From Octopus bimaculoides (lineage: Eukaryota), in the NCBI RefSeq assembly GCF_001194135.2, contig NC_068982.1, positions 12,755,396 to 12,812,062 of the forward strand: DNA of 56,667 nt, in the 5' to 3' direction. Both the position numbers and the translations under genes were made by a program. Positions 23,151 through 35,227 of the stretch are shown piece by piece. The notes beneath the pieces were generated by a model, which was not told the DNA's origin, ran no database searches, and saw only the letters and a program-made list of their open reading frames with translations. The stretch's first letter is position 1. Each line of letters opens with the position of its first letter.

Positions 23151-24431
23151 ATCACACACCTACCTAGTACTTGAGACACTGTAAAGCAAATGTCACAGCA
23201 AGAGACATTTATGATGGTATTAACCTTGACTTGTCACACTTTTGGTCCAGTTTGGGCAGGTTGTGAGTGTTGAAGTGACTAGAAAAGGTATGTGGTTCAG
23301 AAGTATCCTCACAGACAACCAAGTCTTTGAGAGTTTCTTAAACCAGCAAGTCATTTTGAAGCTGTATCCCATCATAAGCAAAGAGACAGAAAAGAAATAA
23401 ACCTGGTGGTATAAGGCAGAAAATATTGTTGTTATGTGTGTGACAGTAAAAGTCACTTGAGAGTTTTATTCTCTGAGAAGCTGGAAAGACAGAGGTGGGG
23501 GATGAGAGAGCGAGAGAGAGAGAGAGAGCAATGGACAGCATCAAGAACAGCATGCCTAGCAACGATAACAGCAGGAACAGAACACCTTCGTTTACACCTT
23601 TGAAAATTACAATAAAAATCTCACTATTCCCTCAGTGCCAGGTGCTGATGACAAGGGGAAAGGGTCCTTTCACAGGCCATAACCAGTAATATCACCCCAC
23701 CATCTTATGATAAGTAGAAAGACACGAAGAAAGAATTAAGAAGCAAATTGTCAGAAATAGTGAAAAATAGCCGTGTACATCCTAAAAGAAAAGGTAATCA
23801 GGATTTAAGAAGAAACCATTATTTCTTGTGAAGTTATGAATTTTAGAGAGCTTTGTAAAGCCAATGAGGAACTGGTAGAGTTTCTAATGTACTTCAGAAT
23901 GAAAAAAGATATGATAAAGTGCAAATTAAGAAGATAGGTTTTCACTATGTGAAATATACAAACAATATTTAGTAACATATATTTGTGTACCAAAAAATAA
24001 AATAAGCAATATTCTCTCTAAAATTTAGTTTAAACTATTTTAAGATTTAAATAATTTGAAAAATAGTATTAGAAGCCAAAATTTTCAGATGTAATAAGAT
24101 ACATCGTTAATATAGTTAATTCAGATAATAAAAACCAGCTTAATAATCTAGAAACATTTATCCATCATCTTCCCAGAGGAAATGGATTCTCTCAAAGCTA
24201 CTCTGGCATGCGATATGCTCAAGGAGGTTTTCACGCATGATTATCTTGGGTAACTGGTTGTGGGAAACATGCAGGACATGAAAATGGGAAGTGGTTAAGT
24301 TTTTGGATACTCTGAGCAAACCTTGGTGGCAGATTAAATTAAAAGTTATGTAATTAAGAAGCACATGGATGAAATGAGAGCATTTCCAACCACATACAAG
24401 TGAATCCTCTTATGAATCCTCTTAAAAGTAT

Positions 24432-24846
24432 TACTCTTTACTCTTTACTCTTTTACTTGTTTCAGTCATTTGACTGTGGCCATGCTGGAGCACTGCCTTT
24501 AGTCGAGCAAATCGACCCTAGGACTTATTCTTTGTAAGCCTAGTATTTATTCTATTGGTCTCTTTTTGCCGAACCGCTATGTTACGGGGACGTAAACACA
24601 CCAGCATCGGTTGTCAAGCGATGGTGGGGGGACGAACACAGACACACAAACATATACATGCACATACAAATATATATACATATATATGACGGGCTTCTTT
24701 CAGTTTCCGTCTACCAAATCCACTCACAAGGCTTTGGTCGGCCCAAGGCTATAGTAGGAGACACTTGCCCAAGGTGTCATGCAGTGGGACTGAACCCAGA
24801 ACCATGGGGTTGGTAAGCAAGCTACTTACCACACAGCCACTCCTGT
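24432..24846 (-). mobile_element. SINE family A, full length
   Basis: Complete head to tail on the minus strand. Confidence 0.9.
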
Positions 24847-24871
24847 GTAGTATTGTTCTTTAATTATATTC

Positions 24872-25270
24872 ATTACTCTTTTCCTCTTTTCTTTTCCTTG
24901 TTTCAGTCATTTGACTGCGGCCATGCTGGAGCACCGCCTTTTAGTCGAACAAATCGACCCCGGGACTTATTCTTTGTAAGCCTAGTACTTATTCTATCGG
25001 TCTCTTTTGCCGAACCGCTAAGTTACGGGGACATAAACACACCAGCATCGGTTGTCAAGCAATGCTAGGGGGGACAAACACACAAACACACACACACACA
25101 CATATATATAGATACATATATACGACGGGCTTCTTTCAGTTTCCGTCTACCAAATCCACTCACAAGGCTTTGGTCGGCCCGAGGCTATAGTAGAAGACAC
25201 TTGCCCAAGGTGCCACGCAGTGGGACTGAACCTGGAACAATGTGGTTGCTAAGCAAGCTACTTACCACAC
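24872..25270 (-). mobile_element. SINE family A, tandem neighbour of 24432-24846
   Basis: Complete except for about 12 bp of the head. Confidence 0.9.
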
Positions 25271-25605
25271 AATGTTCACATTTCCATGCTTACATGAGTT
25301 GGGTGGAGTTTATTGAGCCAGATTTTCTATGCCTGGATGCTTTTCCTGCCACCACCCCGTTTTCTTCATTATGGATGACTCAGTTTAATTATCTATATTC
25401 CTAAATCCCACAAACTATGGTTCTATGCCTGTATTAGAAATTATTATTGTTTTGATATAATATTTGTTTCTGCATTTCTTTATTATTGGGCAATAGAAAG
25501 GATGACTGAAATCCACATAATGTATTTTTGGTGTGTTAATCTCCTGGAATGAAGGATAAATTTAACCAAGGAAGTTTATTTTGATGAATATTTAGTTTTG
25601 CCTGA

Positions 25606-25812
25606 AGATGGCAAGCTGGTAGAATACTTAGTGATATAGTGCTTAGCAGCATTTTGTTCATCTTTACATTCTAAGTTCAAATTCTGCTAAGGTCACTTTT
25701 GCTTTTCGTCATTTTGGGGTTGATAAAATATGTACCAGTTGAGTACTGGGGTCAAAACAATCAACTTACTCCTCCCCCGAATTTGCTGGCCTTAAGCCAA
25801 AATTTGAAATGA
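25606..25812 (+). mobile_element. Nin/Deu-domain-like SINE
   Basis: Homolog of 2476-2690. Confidence 0.7.
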
Positions 25813-26260
25813 AGATTTAGTTTGACCAGGGTAGATTAATAGTTGAGGGGGTAAGCAATATGGTTGAAAAAGGGGCATCGTACTGTTTTGAGTGAGCAGT
25901 TTTGAAAATCATATACAGTGGAGGTATGAAGAGAAGAGAGAGTAGAAAATTAGATTTGTTTGGAAATGTTTTATGCTTGTGAGGTTACAGGAATAAATAC
26001 CATTGTGGTAGCAGTACAAAAGAGATAAAGAGGATACAACTCAATGAAGTGACAGTGTTTGATGAGTGTTTGCAAGCAAAGGCCTAAAGGTAGTAATTAA
26101 TTTATTTATATTTCAAACAAGAGGTGTTGCAAGAAACATTATCGAGAACTGATGTATCAATGTCTGAACAGTGTGAGGGAGAAATAAAGTGACAGGATGA
26201 AAAAAATAACAAAAACATGTACAATATTGGCAAAGAAAAAAAGCCAGTGCTAAAGGACAC

Positions 26261-26655
26261 TATAAGCTTTAAGCTTATATAAATACCATTATTATTATTT
26301 ACAAGATTGTAAAACTTGGCACCGAATAACAAAACCATTCGTACTGAAAGCACATAGAAAGTTTATTTACAAAAAACAACTACAAACTAATATAGTTCTT
26401 AAATTTGACAGAAACAGGGAGGCTAATTCGCTGGTGTAATGGTAACACACTTAGTCACAATAACAAAAGGATGTAGATTTGAGTCACACATGGATGGAAA
26501 AGCCTACTTTTTTCTGTCGGGGGCTTATATGCCCCATTATAAGACTATTTTCTTAAGTCATTGTGAGTGATCGCTTATAAGCTTTAGGCTTATATAAATA
26601 CCATTATTATTATTTACAAGATCATGAAACTCGGCACCGTATAACAAATCCATTC
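26261..26655. repeat. 80-bp direct repeats (period 315 bp) enclosing a tRNA-like A/B-box segment
   Basis: 26261-26340 versus 26576-26655, 73/80 identical. Confidence 0.8.
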
Positions 26656-26689
26656 ACACTATCATATATGTATGGAAAATTCTAGAGGG

Positions 26690-27020
26690 GCATTTCCAAA
26701 CTTTGGCATCAGAGAGAATTTGAATGCATGAACTAGTAGCTTCCAAATATACCACCTTCAAAATCACAAGCAAAAACACTCTCTCGTACCAGTCTGATAT
26801 TTGGAGTCCCTCAACTGTTCAAATGCCTAACTAAAGAGATCAGAAATCTAAAAGGAACCTCTACTGAAACATTAAAGAAACAATAGATAAACTCTCAACG
26901 AGGATACTGGATTAGCCAACCATTCAAAGATACACTCAGGGAAGATCTGCTGCTACAAACTTAATTATGGATGAGCTTACAGTCCTGAAGTAACAACAAA
27001 ACTAAAAAAAAAAAAAAAAA
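26690..27020 (+). mobile_element. CR1/L2-group LINE 3' fragment with poly(A)
   Basis: Translation PQLFKCLTKEIRNLKGTSTETLKKQ*...RSAATNLI, followed by an A-rich tail. Confidence 0.6.
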
Positions 27021-27334
27021 GTAAATTAAGGCAGTACTTCGACTGAAACCATTAAAATAATAAAAATCACATCTGATATTAGTCAATAATTGAATTAAAT
27101 AAATAATTCAAGATAATTATTAATTTACAAACCCATGGCTTATACATTATGGTAATTAACATAATTTATTTTGGTATTACACATGCCTGTAAAATATCTT
27201 GCTTCATTCAGGCTTGGCTGAGTGGTCATGTTGCAACCATGTGTTTTCAGATTCAATCCCACTGCACAGTACCTTGAGGGAGTGTTTCTTTTTTTTTTTT
27301 TTTTTACTATAGCAAAAGGTCACCCACACCAATG

Positions 27335-27775
27335 GCTTTTTTTTACATGGCAAAGTGGCTTTAGGATCTCAGTTCTGCTGAGGTGGGCAGATCCTCTCAA
27401 GTACAGCAATGTGACACATATCTCGGTCCTCTGTCATCTTCTTCATAAAGCTCACCATTTTGAGATCAGCCTTCAATATTTCATCTCATGTCTTCCCAAG
27501 TTTACCTCTTCCACAACTTACTTCTACTTTAAGTGATCGGCACTTCTTTATGCAACTGTCCTCGGACATTCACATCACATGGCCAAACTAGTGCAGTCTC
27601 CTCTCTTACATATTGCATATAATCCCTCTTAGGCTCAATTTCTCTCTTAATACACCAATGCTTTGTTGCACTGTGACCATTTTTTCCTCCTGAATTCAGA
27701 GATACTAAATGGGTGTCATTACTGTTTAGCCTCCAACTTTTTTTCAGGCAGTGGACTACATTACCCATCATGCCC
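27335..27775 (-). mobile_element. RTE LINE 3' fragment
   Basis: Minus-strand translation ERRLH*FGHVM*MSEDSCIKKCRSLKVE...GRGKLGKT*DEILKADLK...DRDM, the typical RTE C-terminal region. Confidence 0.75.
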
Positions 27776-28242
27776 TTCTTTCTCTCAGATGATAAGGAAT
27801 AATTTGAAAGTGATTTGAGTACAAATTTAAGACAGTTGGAAGACTATGCAGGGTCTTCTTTGTTGATTAATAGAGAATGTAGATCTTGTCAAAATTTATG
27901 ATTTGCTAATAATGAAATGCCAAACATCATCTGGAAAAAATATAACTTTCTCTCTACCTTTCAATTTTCCATTCTTCTCTTTTGCTTTTTTTTCTTCTAT
28001 CTGTTCTTCTAAAAATGGATACAAATTAGTGTCATGTTGATCATAGGTTGACAGTTAACCAAATACCAAATTAACTGTTTTTAAAATATTAATGATCGTG
28101 AAAGTTTGTGAAATTTGTCCTTGCCTTTCCTGGTTACATCACAAGGAAACAATAGTCAAAAGGTTTGGCTAGAAAACAACTGGTTTCCTTGCTGAAAAAG
28201 CCTGAAATCTATATAAGTCTTCATTATAACAAGTAACAATTA

Positions 28243-28498
28243 CATTATTTACATTATTTACATTTGACGGATATTTGTCCTTATCTTGTTTGTTGATGAC
28301 ACAACATTTCGGCTGATATACCCTCCAGCCTTCATTAGGTGTCTTGGGGGAAATTTCGAACCTGGGTTCTCATTCCAAGACACTAGATGAAGGTTGGTGG
28401 GTATATCAGCTGAAATATTGTGTTAACAACAAACAAGATGAGGACAAATATCCGTCAAATGTAAATAATGTACATAATTCCTCATCTCTTAAATATAG
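28243..28498. mobile_element. Fold-back insertion of two Penelope-type terminal repeats, each with a decayed hammerhead motif
   Basis: 96-bp arms 28250-28345 and 28377-28472 (86/96 match), 31-nt spacer, and flanking direct repeat AAGTAACAATTA (28231-28242, 28499-28510). Confidence 0.85.
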
Positions 28499-28513
28499 AA
28501 GTAACAATTAATA

Positions 28514-28730
28514 AGGATTTCTAATATAGGCACATGGTCACAAATTTAGGGAAAAGGATGTACTCAGTTAAAACAGTTTCAGTACTTGACTGGTACTTTA
28601 TTTTATCAATCCAACATGAATGAAAGCAAAGTTAATACTGGTGAAATTTACCACCAGATACTAAAGTGCCATGATAAAATATTGCAAGGCATTTTGTCTA
28701 ATGTTTCAATGATTATGCTAACTTAACTCA
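28514..28730 (-). mobile_element. Nin/Deu-domain-like SINE, degenerate
   Basis: ACTTGACTGGTACTTTATTTTATCAA...GAAAGCAAAGT segment homologous to the other copies. Confidence 0.6.
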
Positions 28731-30139
28731 CTAATAAAAATAATTAGGATATGAACAAGGAATGTAAATGTATTTTGTCCAGCAGCCTCTGCTAATTTGC
28801 CACAGACCAACACATGCACACACAAAATTCCATTCTTCTCTCAAGGAGTGTCACTAGATTTGGCTTAACAAATTCATTGGAACTTTTGGAATTACACACA
28901 ACAATGACAATCATGTATATCTGTTACACATGAGTATGATTGCAGCATGAGCCATGGTGCTCCTGAAACAGCTGTTGAGATAAGACCCTCACCGAACTCC
29001 TGTTGTTTTCTTTACTCTGTAATCTGTATTTTGTATTCCATGTCAACATACACTTTAAACCTATGTGTTTTTATCTGCATTTCTACTTCAATATATAAAT
29101 AATTGTTGAGTCAATGAGAAATGAGAAATTATAGAATGCAATTTGTAGAATATTCTTTAATACATTGTAACTAAATGGCTCACCATTCCAGTGATCATTT
29201 TTGATTATTCAGCTTGTAATTGGAGCTGGTTTTCTTCTGAAATATCTCTTGTATGAATGCATTTTGAAACATTATATGAAAGTTATGAAGTAAACACTTA
29301 TCTTTTATGTTCTTATTAAAAAAGTCCTTGTGAGTGACACTTGCATAAAACGGTTGTTTCAAGTTCATGTTTACATTTCATTTTTTTGCTCTCATGGGAA
29401 TACGCCACATGTTTTGAGCTTAATACAAGCAAGATCACTCAAATAACTTACTTCATGAAATTGCTTTGTTGCTTAAGTAATATTTGAAAATAATATATGA
29501 AAGCAATGTATGTGTGCATGCACCTGTGAATGTGTGTTTTGTATGCATCTGCACAGATGCATATATTTCATCCTTACATATATGCACATATCTACACAGA
29601 TATGCATAAATATATGTATGAATACACACACACATATAAATACATACATAAACATGCACATACATCTTCATACATACATACATACATACATACATACATA
29701 CATCTTTATACATACATACATACATACATCTTCATACATACATACATTCATGTATTCAAGTACACACATATAAATGTATAAACTTATACATATATTAAGT
29801 AAACATTTCAAAACCATGACAAAATTCAAGGAGGCTGGTATTTACATAAAAGACACTTCACCCCATGCATACAATGCATCAACAATTCAGTTCTTTTGTT
29901 CAACCATTACTATTTTGAACCAAAGTTTAAAAATTTTTCTACAAGGACTACACCACATTTTTGATTTGAAGCTACCATTCCTGTATTGTAATAACTTAAC
30001 TTGAACAGATGATTTTGAATTTGTAAGGACTTATCTCATACAAAAACCATTTAAATATCAATGAAACTGTAGCTCATTTGTTATCAGGGCTCACAATGAA
30101 TGTTTATGCTCATAGAATTGGTGTTTGAATGTTAGTTCA

Positions 30140-30312
30140 GTTGCCTAGTGGTCAGGGTATTACACACATGATCTTAAGGTTGTGGTTTTGACTCCCAGAC
30201 TAGTGATGTGTTGTATTCTTTAGCAAAACACTTCATTTCCTGCAGTTCCAGTCCACTAGGCCTATAAATGGGTAACCTTGCAATGAATTGGCATTCTGAT
30301 CAGGGGGTATTT
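30140..30312 (+). mobile_element. Old tRNA-head SINE with CORE-like plus V-like segments
   Basis: CCTAGTGG head, TTCTTTAGCAAAACACTTCATTTC segment, then TTGCAATGAATTGGCATTCTGATCAGGGG. Confidence 0.5.
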
Positions 30313-30632
30313 TGGCCTGCCCCCTAACCAGTGATGCAACATCATTTGAAAGGTTCAACAATGTAAGGAAGAGCATTTTGACCAGCGGTGTATAATTATA
30401 TACGGTAATATGATTGATGTAGCAATACTGTGATATGTATACATGTATGTGTATGTCTATTTATATATGTATGTGTGTAGGTAGGTAAGTAGGTAGGTAG
30501 ATAGGTAGGTATTGGGGTGAATGAACTAACATTCAAAAATAGTACAGTTCTATATTTAAGAGATGAGGAATTACTTACATTATTTACATCATTTACATTT
30601 GACGGATATTTCTCCTCGTCTTGTTTGTTGTT

Positions 30633-30678
30633 AACACAACGTTTCGGCTGATATACCATCCAGGCTTCGTCAGGTGTC
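30633..30678 (-). ncRNA. Minimal type I hammerhead ribozyme motif
   Basis: GACAC-CUGACGA-A-GCCUG(GAUGGUAUAU)CAGCC-GAAAC-GUU-GUGUU. The core is intact, stem I is GACAC/GUGUU, stem II has one mismatch, and stem III is a palindromic ACGU. Confidence 0.7.
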
Positions 30679-30759
30679 TTGGGGAAATTTCGAACCTGGG
30701 TTCTCATTCCTAACGATGTTGCTATTATTATTATATTATTATTATTACTATTATTAATC

Positions 30760-30833
30760 AGGTCGCTGCCGTGAATCGAATTCGGAACCTTGGGGTTAGT
30801 AGCCCGCGCTCTTAACCACTACGCCATATGCCC
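30760..30833 (-). promoter_or_regulatory. tRNA-derived Pol III internal promoter-like segment (not a tRNA gene)
   Basis: A box TGGCGTAGTGG (30826-30816), B-box-like AATTCGATTC (30782-30773) and D-stem GCGT/GCGC. The acceptor stem does not pair. Confidence 0.7.
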
Positions 30834-31176
30834 GTGGGCAATAATGGGGTGAATTTTAAGGCTTATAAATCTATTATTTTTTTTATCCTTCCTCAATACC
30901 GGTTCCCATATGCTATTCATATCTGCACTCGGTCTGCTTAGGAGGTTGTTGTGTCCTAGCATATGTGCTGCTTCTTTTAGTTTTATAAGCATGAATAGAT
31001 TTTATAAGCATGAACATTCATTTGTCAACAATGATAAAAAAGAAGGCACTAGAGCTGTATTTACATTTGTATGAATATTGCTTTTTCTCTGACTTACAGA
31101 CAAGTAACTGATAATGCATGCATACATACATGCATACATACATACATACATACATGCATACATACAAATATATATA

Positions 31177-31336
31177 GGTGCAGGCATGGCTACGTGGTAA
31201 GACACTTGCTTCCCTACTACATGGCCTTAGGTTCAGTCCCACTGCATGTCACCTTGGGTGTCTTTTACTATAGTCCTCGGGCTGGCCAAGACCTTGTGAG
31301 TGGATTTAATAGACAGAAACTGAAAGAAGCCCATTG

Positions 31337-31384
<48 letters not shown>

Positions 31385-31624
31385 CATGTATATGTGTGTA
31401 TGTGTGTGTTTCTGAGTCTGTGTTTTTCTCTCCACCATCGCTTGACAACTGATGCGGGTGTGTTTACGTCCCTGTAACTTCGTGGTTCAGCAAAGGAGAC
31501 TGATAGAATAAGTACTAGGCTTACAAAGAATAAGTCCTGGAACGATTTGTTTGACTAAAAGGCGGTGCTCCAGCATGGCCGCAGTCAAATGACTGAAACA
31601 AATAAAAGAATAAAAGAATAAAAG
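31177..31624 (+). mobile_element. SINE family A
   Basis: Full length, first of a +/-/+ cluster. Confidence 0.9.
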
Positions 31625-31640
31625 TGTGTGTGTGTATATA

Positions 31641-31998
31641 TTCTTTTAGTCTTCTTGTTTCAGTAATTTGACTGTGGCCATGCTGGTGCACTTCCTTTAG
31701 TCGACAAATCAACCCCAGGACTTATTCATTGTAAGCCTAGTACTTATTCTTTGCCGAACTGTTAAGTTACAGGGATGTAAACACACCACCATCGGTTGTC
31801 AAGTGATGGTGGAGGGACAAACACAAACATACACACACTCACATATATATATACGATGGGCTTCTTTCAGTTTCTATCTACTAAATCCACTCACGGGGCT
31901 TTGGTTGGCTCGAGGCTATAGCAGAAGACACTTGCCCAAGGTGCCACGCAGTGGGACTGAACCCAGAACCATGTGGTTGGTTAGCAAGCTACTTACCA
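31641..31998 (-). mobile_element. SINE family A
   Basis: Tail-to-tail with 31177-31624. Confidence 0.9.
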
Positions 31999-32056
31999 TG
32001 CAAGCAGAGGTACTTCCCAATTATTAAAGAGTCATATCCAAATTTGTTTTCTCATA

Positions 32057-32469
32057 GGCGTAGCAGTGGCTGTGTGGTAAGTAGCTTGCTTACCAACCAC
32101 ATGGTTCTGGGTTCAGTACCACTGTGTGACATCTTGGGCAAGTGTCTTCTACTATAGCCTCGGGCCAACGAAAGCCTTGTGAGTTGATTTGGTAGACGGA
32201 AACTGAAAGAAGCCCGTCGTATATATGTTTATATATATGTTTGTGTGTGTGTATGTTTATGTGTCTGTATTTGTCCCCACCAGCATCGCTTGACAACTGA
32301 TGCTAGTGTGTTCATATCCCCGTAACCTAGCGGTTCGGCAAAAGAGACCGATAGAATAAGTACTAGGCTTACAAAGAATAAGTCCTGGGGTCAATTTGTT
32401 CGACTAAAGGCAGTGCTTCAGCATGGCCACGGTCAAATGACTGAAACAAGTAAAAGAGTAAAAGAGTAA
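32057..32469 (+). mobile_element. SINE family A
   Basis: Head-to-head with 31641-31998. Confidence 0.9.
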
Positions 32470-33126
32470 CAAGACAAAATAAGTGTAAGCGACATATTAA
32501 CTTTGATAGAATTGGTAGTGGTTAGTCATAGTGGAATGAAGGGAAAAAAAATGTTAAAAAAGGCTTCATTTCAAAATATAATGTGATTATCAGGTGTTGG
32601 TTTGTAAAACAGAGGCAAAGATATAAAAGACAATAATTAAGACAAAAAACAAGAAGAAACATTTGTCAGTGAATGATTGATTAGAAACAGATAATAAATT
32701 CATGTATTTGTAACCATCTACGTATTATACATAGCATATATATTCTGCTGATTGGCCAGTTACTGAGATAAATGCTCTAGGGGTGTTTTTTTCATCTCTC
32801 TCTGATATTGTCTTTTTTTAACACAGCATGTCCATAAGAGATGTTATCTCAGGACGAATACTGCAGTAATTGGCCTATTGATGGTGTATATAATGGCCAT
32901 TTAAATTTGATACCATCTCATTTGGGTATACTGGATTCGTGTTTGTGTGTTGTATTGGTATATGCTGGCAGAAATATCATCCACTGTTATATATTATCAT
33001 AAAGACACATTCTCTTCATCGCTCTGTCTCTCCTCATACATACATCTATCCATACATATTTATAAACATACATGCACATATATTATATATGTATATACAT
33101 ATGTGTAATACATATATATATATGTA

Positions 33127-33158
<32 letters not shown>

Positions 33159-33706
33159 AATAGATGTTTATTTTTCCCTTGTTAACATTGTAAACATGGT
33201 AAACATCGGCAGAAACACACCTTTAGTTCATATAAGTGATATCTATCATTATATATAATTTAAACATTAATTTTCTTCTTGCATTTCACATTCACCAGAT
33301 ATATCTTTTTCCAAGNNNNNNNNNNAAACATTAATTTTCTTCTTGCATTTCACATTCACCAGATATATCTTTTTCCAAGACTTTAGGGTTTTATTTAATT
33401 TACATATCGTTATATACTTCTCATTTATTTGGTCTTTTCTTTCCTTTTACCCCTCCTCTTTCTATAGGCTACCTTTGACATTATATCCTCTAATGTTTTT
33501 TTAAAACAAACTTAATAGCGTTCAGTTAATCATTATACATATCCATCATATTCTGTTAAAATGTCTTATTGTCGAGTTTCATTTCTTCATTTCCTTCAAG
33601 AGAAGATTACATTGTTTTACACCATTTTATTCCTTTTAATACCAGTGATATCTTCAAAACATGTGTCGGAAGTAAAAGAATTTGAATAACACCTGCTTTT
33701 AACTCC

Positions 33707-33744
<38 letters not shown>

Positions 33745-33769
33745 TTATATATACATATATATATATACA

Positions 33770-33810
<41 letters not shown>

Positions 33811-34652
33811 TTATGAGTTTGTTTCATTAAGAAAAATATGACCATCCCGAAATATAACAATATATATGTATATATATATACGCATAGTGTATAGAATGGG
33901 TCGTACATTGATTATTGTGAGTGGTCCACTCTAACAGCTGACCGTGCTGCTTGGCGCCATACCATCATTGATGTTGTTTCCTCCTTTGTTCTTGTTGCTG
34001 TTTTCAGCAAACAGAATATCACAGAGTTAAAAATGTGTTTGTTTAAGAAACCCGGATATGTTTAATGGTAAAAGTGTTTAGTGTTAAGAAGAGTGTTTGC
34101 AAAAAATTAACAATATATTTGTTCTATTACTTATGTAAACATAGATTCCAGAAAAATCTTAGATATTCAAAAGAAAAATATAGAACTGAATAAAAACAAC
34201 AAATCTATTACACTTCGAATTACTTTTTAATTTAGAATGAGTTTCACCCCCTAGCCATTATTTAATGCATTTGATTTCGTATATATTAGCTAAATATTCT
34301 CATTTTAATGACAGTAAATATCTATATATTACTACAAATTATGCAGCCATTTATAGATAGTTGAAATAGGTCACTTGAGAGTGTATTAGACAGAAGAGCA
34401 AAATATATCTGATCCAATCTTAGGTTTCATCACGTGAATAACATTCTTTTTTGCTCTTGAAATCATTACAAATTGATATTTCTACTATTTAACTTACTTA
34501 GGGAGGAGGATGATGAGGAGCAGGAGAATGAGGAGAAGGAGGAGGAGGAGGATAGACTACCAGGTTTCACTCACATATATACATATCAGTGCATAATCAT
34601 CATTATAATACATATGTACATATATATATGTATTAAACTGTAAGTATGTATC

Positions 34653-34691
<39 letters not shown>

Positions 34692-34854
34692 NNNNNNNNN
34701 NNNNNNNNNNNNNNNNNNNNNNNNNNNNNNNNNNNNNNNNNNNNNNNNNNNNNNNNNNNNNNNNNNNNNNNNNNNNNNNNNNNNNNNNNNNNNNNNNNNN
34801 NNNNNNNNNNNNNNNNNNNNNNNNNNNNNNNNNNNNNNNNNNNNNNNNNNNNNN

Positions 34855-35194
34855 CTGCATGGCACCTTGGGCAAGTGCCTTCTGCTATAGCCTCGGGCTG
34901 ACCAAAGCCTTGTGAGTGGATTTGGTAGATGGAAACTGAAAGAAGCCCGTTGTATATATGTATATATTTATGTGTGTGTATATGTTTGTGTGCCTGTGTT
35001 TGTCCCCCCAACATCACTTGACAACCGATGGTGGTGTGTTTACGTACCTGTAACTTAGCAGTTCAGCAAAAGACACCGATAGAATAAGTACTAGGCTTAC
35101 TAAGAATAAGTCCTGGTGTCGATTTGCTCGACTAAAGGCAGTGCTCCAGCATGGCCGCAGTCAAATGACTGATACAAGTAAAAGAGTAAAAGAG
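34855..35194 (+). mobile_element. SINE family A (head lost in assembly gap)
   Basis: Body and tail present. Confidence 0.85.
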
Positions 35195-35227
35195 ATACAT
35201 ACATATATATACACACATATGTATATA

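Larger units (their letters stand above)
30543..30986 (-). mobile_element. 3' end of a Penelope-like element: GIY-YIG-region C-terminus, tRNA-like segment, (TAA)n, terminal repeat with hammerhead
   Basis: Open frame 30986-30819 reads IKLKEAAHMLGHNNLLSRPSADMNSIWEPVL..., which fits the KxKEA...S..WxPxL end of PLE endonucleases. The terminal repeat is shared with 28243-28498. Confidence 0.75.

Noticed and set aside
30760-30833. Possible tRNA gene
   Set aside because: The acceptor stem does not pair and the anticodon and T stems are broken; treated as a tRNA-derived promoter segment.
32827-32865. 39-bp possible exon (MSIRDVISGRIL) after a good pyrimidine tract
   Set aside because: Too short, with only a moderate donor, to distinguish from chance without RNA data.
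33262-33379. Exact 54-bp direct repeat on either side of a 10-N gap
   Set aside because: Same unmerged-overlap artefact.
34008-34067. 60-bp segment with good acceptor and donor (also 10278-10459)
   Set aside because: Stops in all three frames, and the 33.9 kb flank is an RTE remnant (ADRAAWRHTI). At most a UTR exon, with no support.
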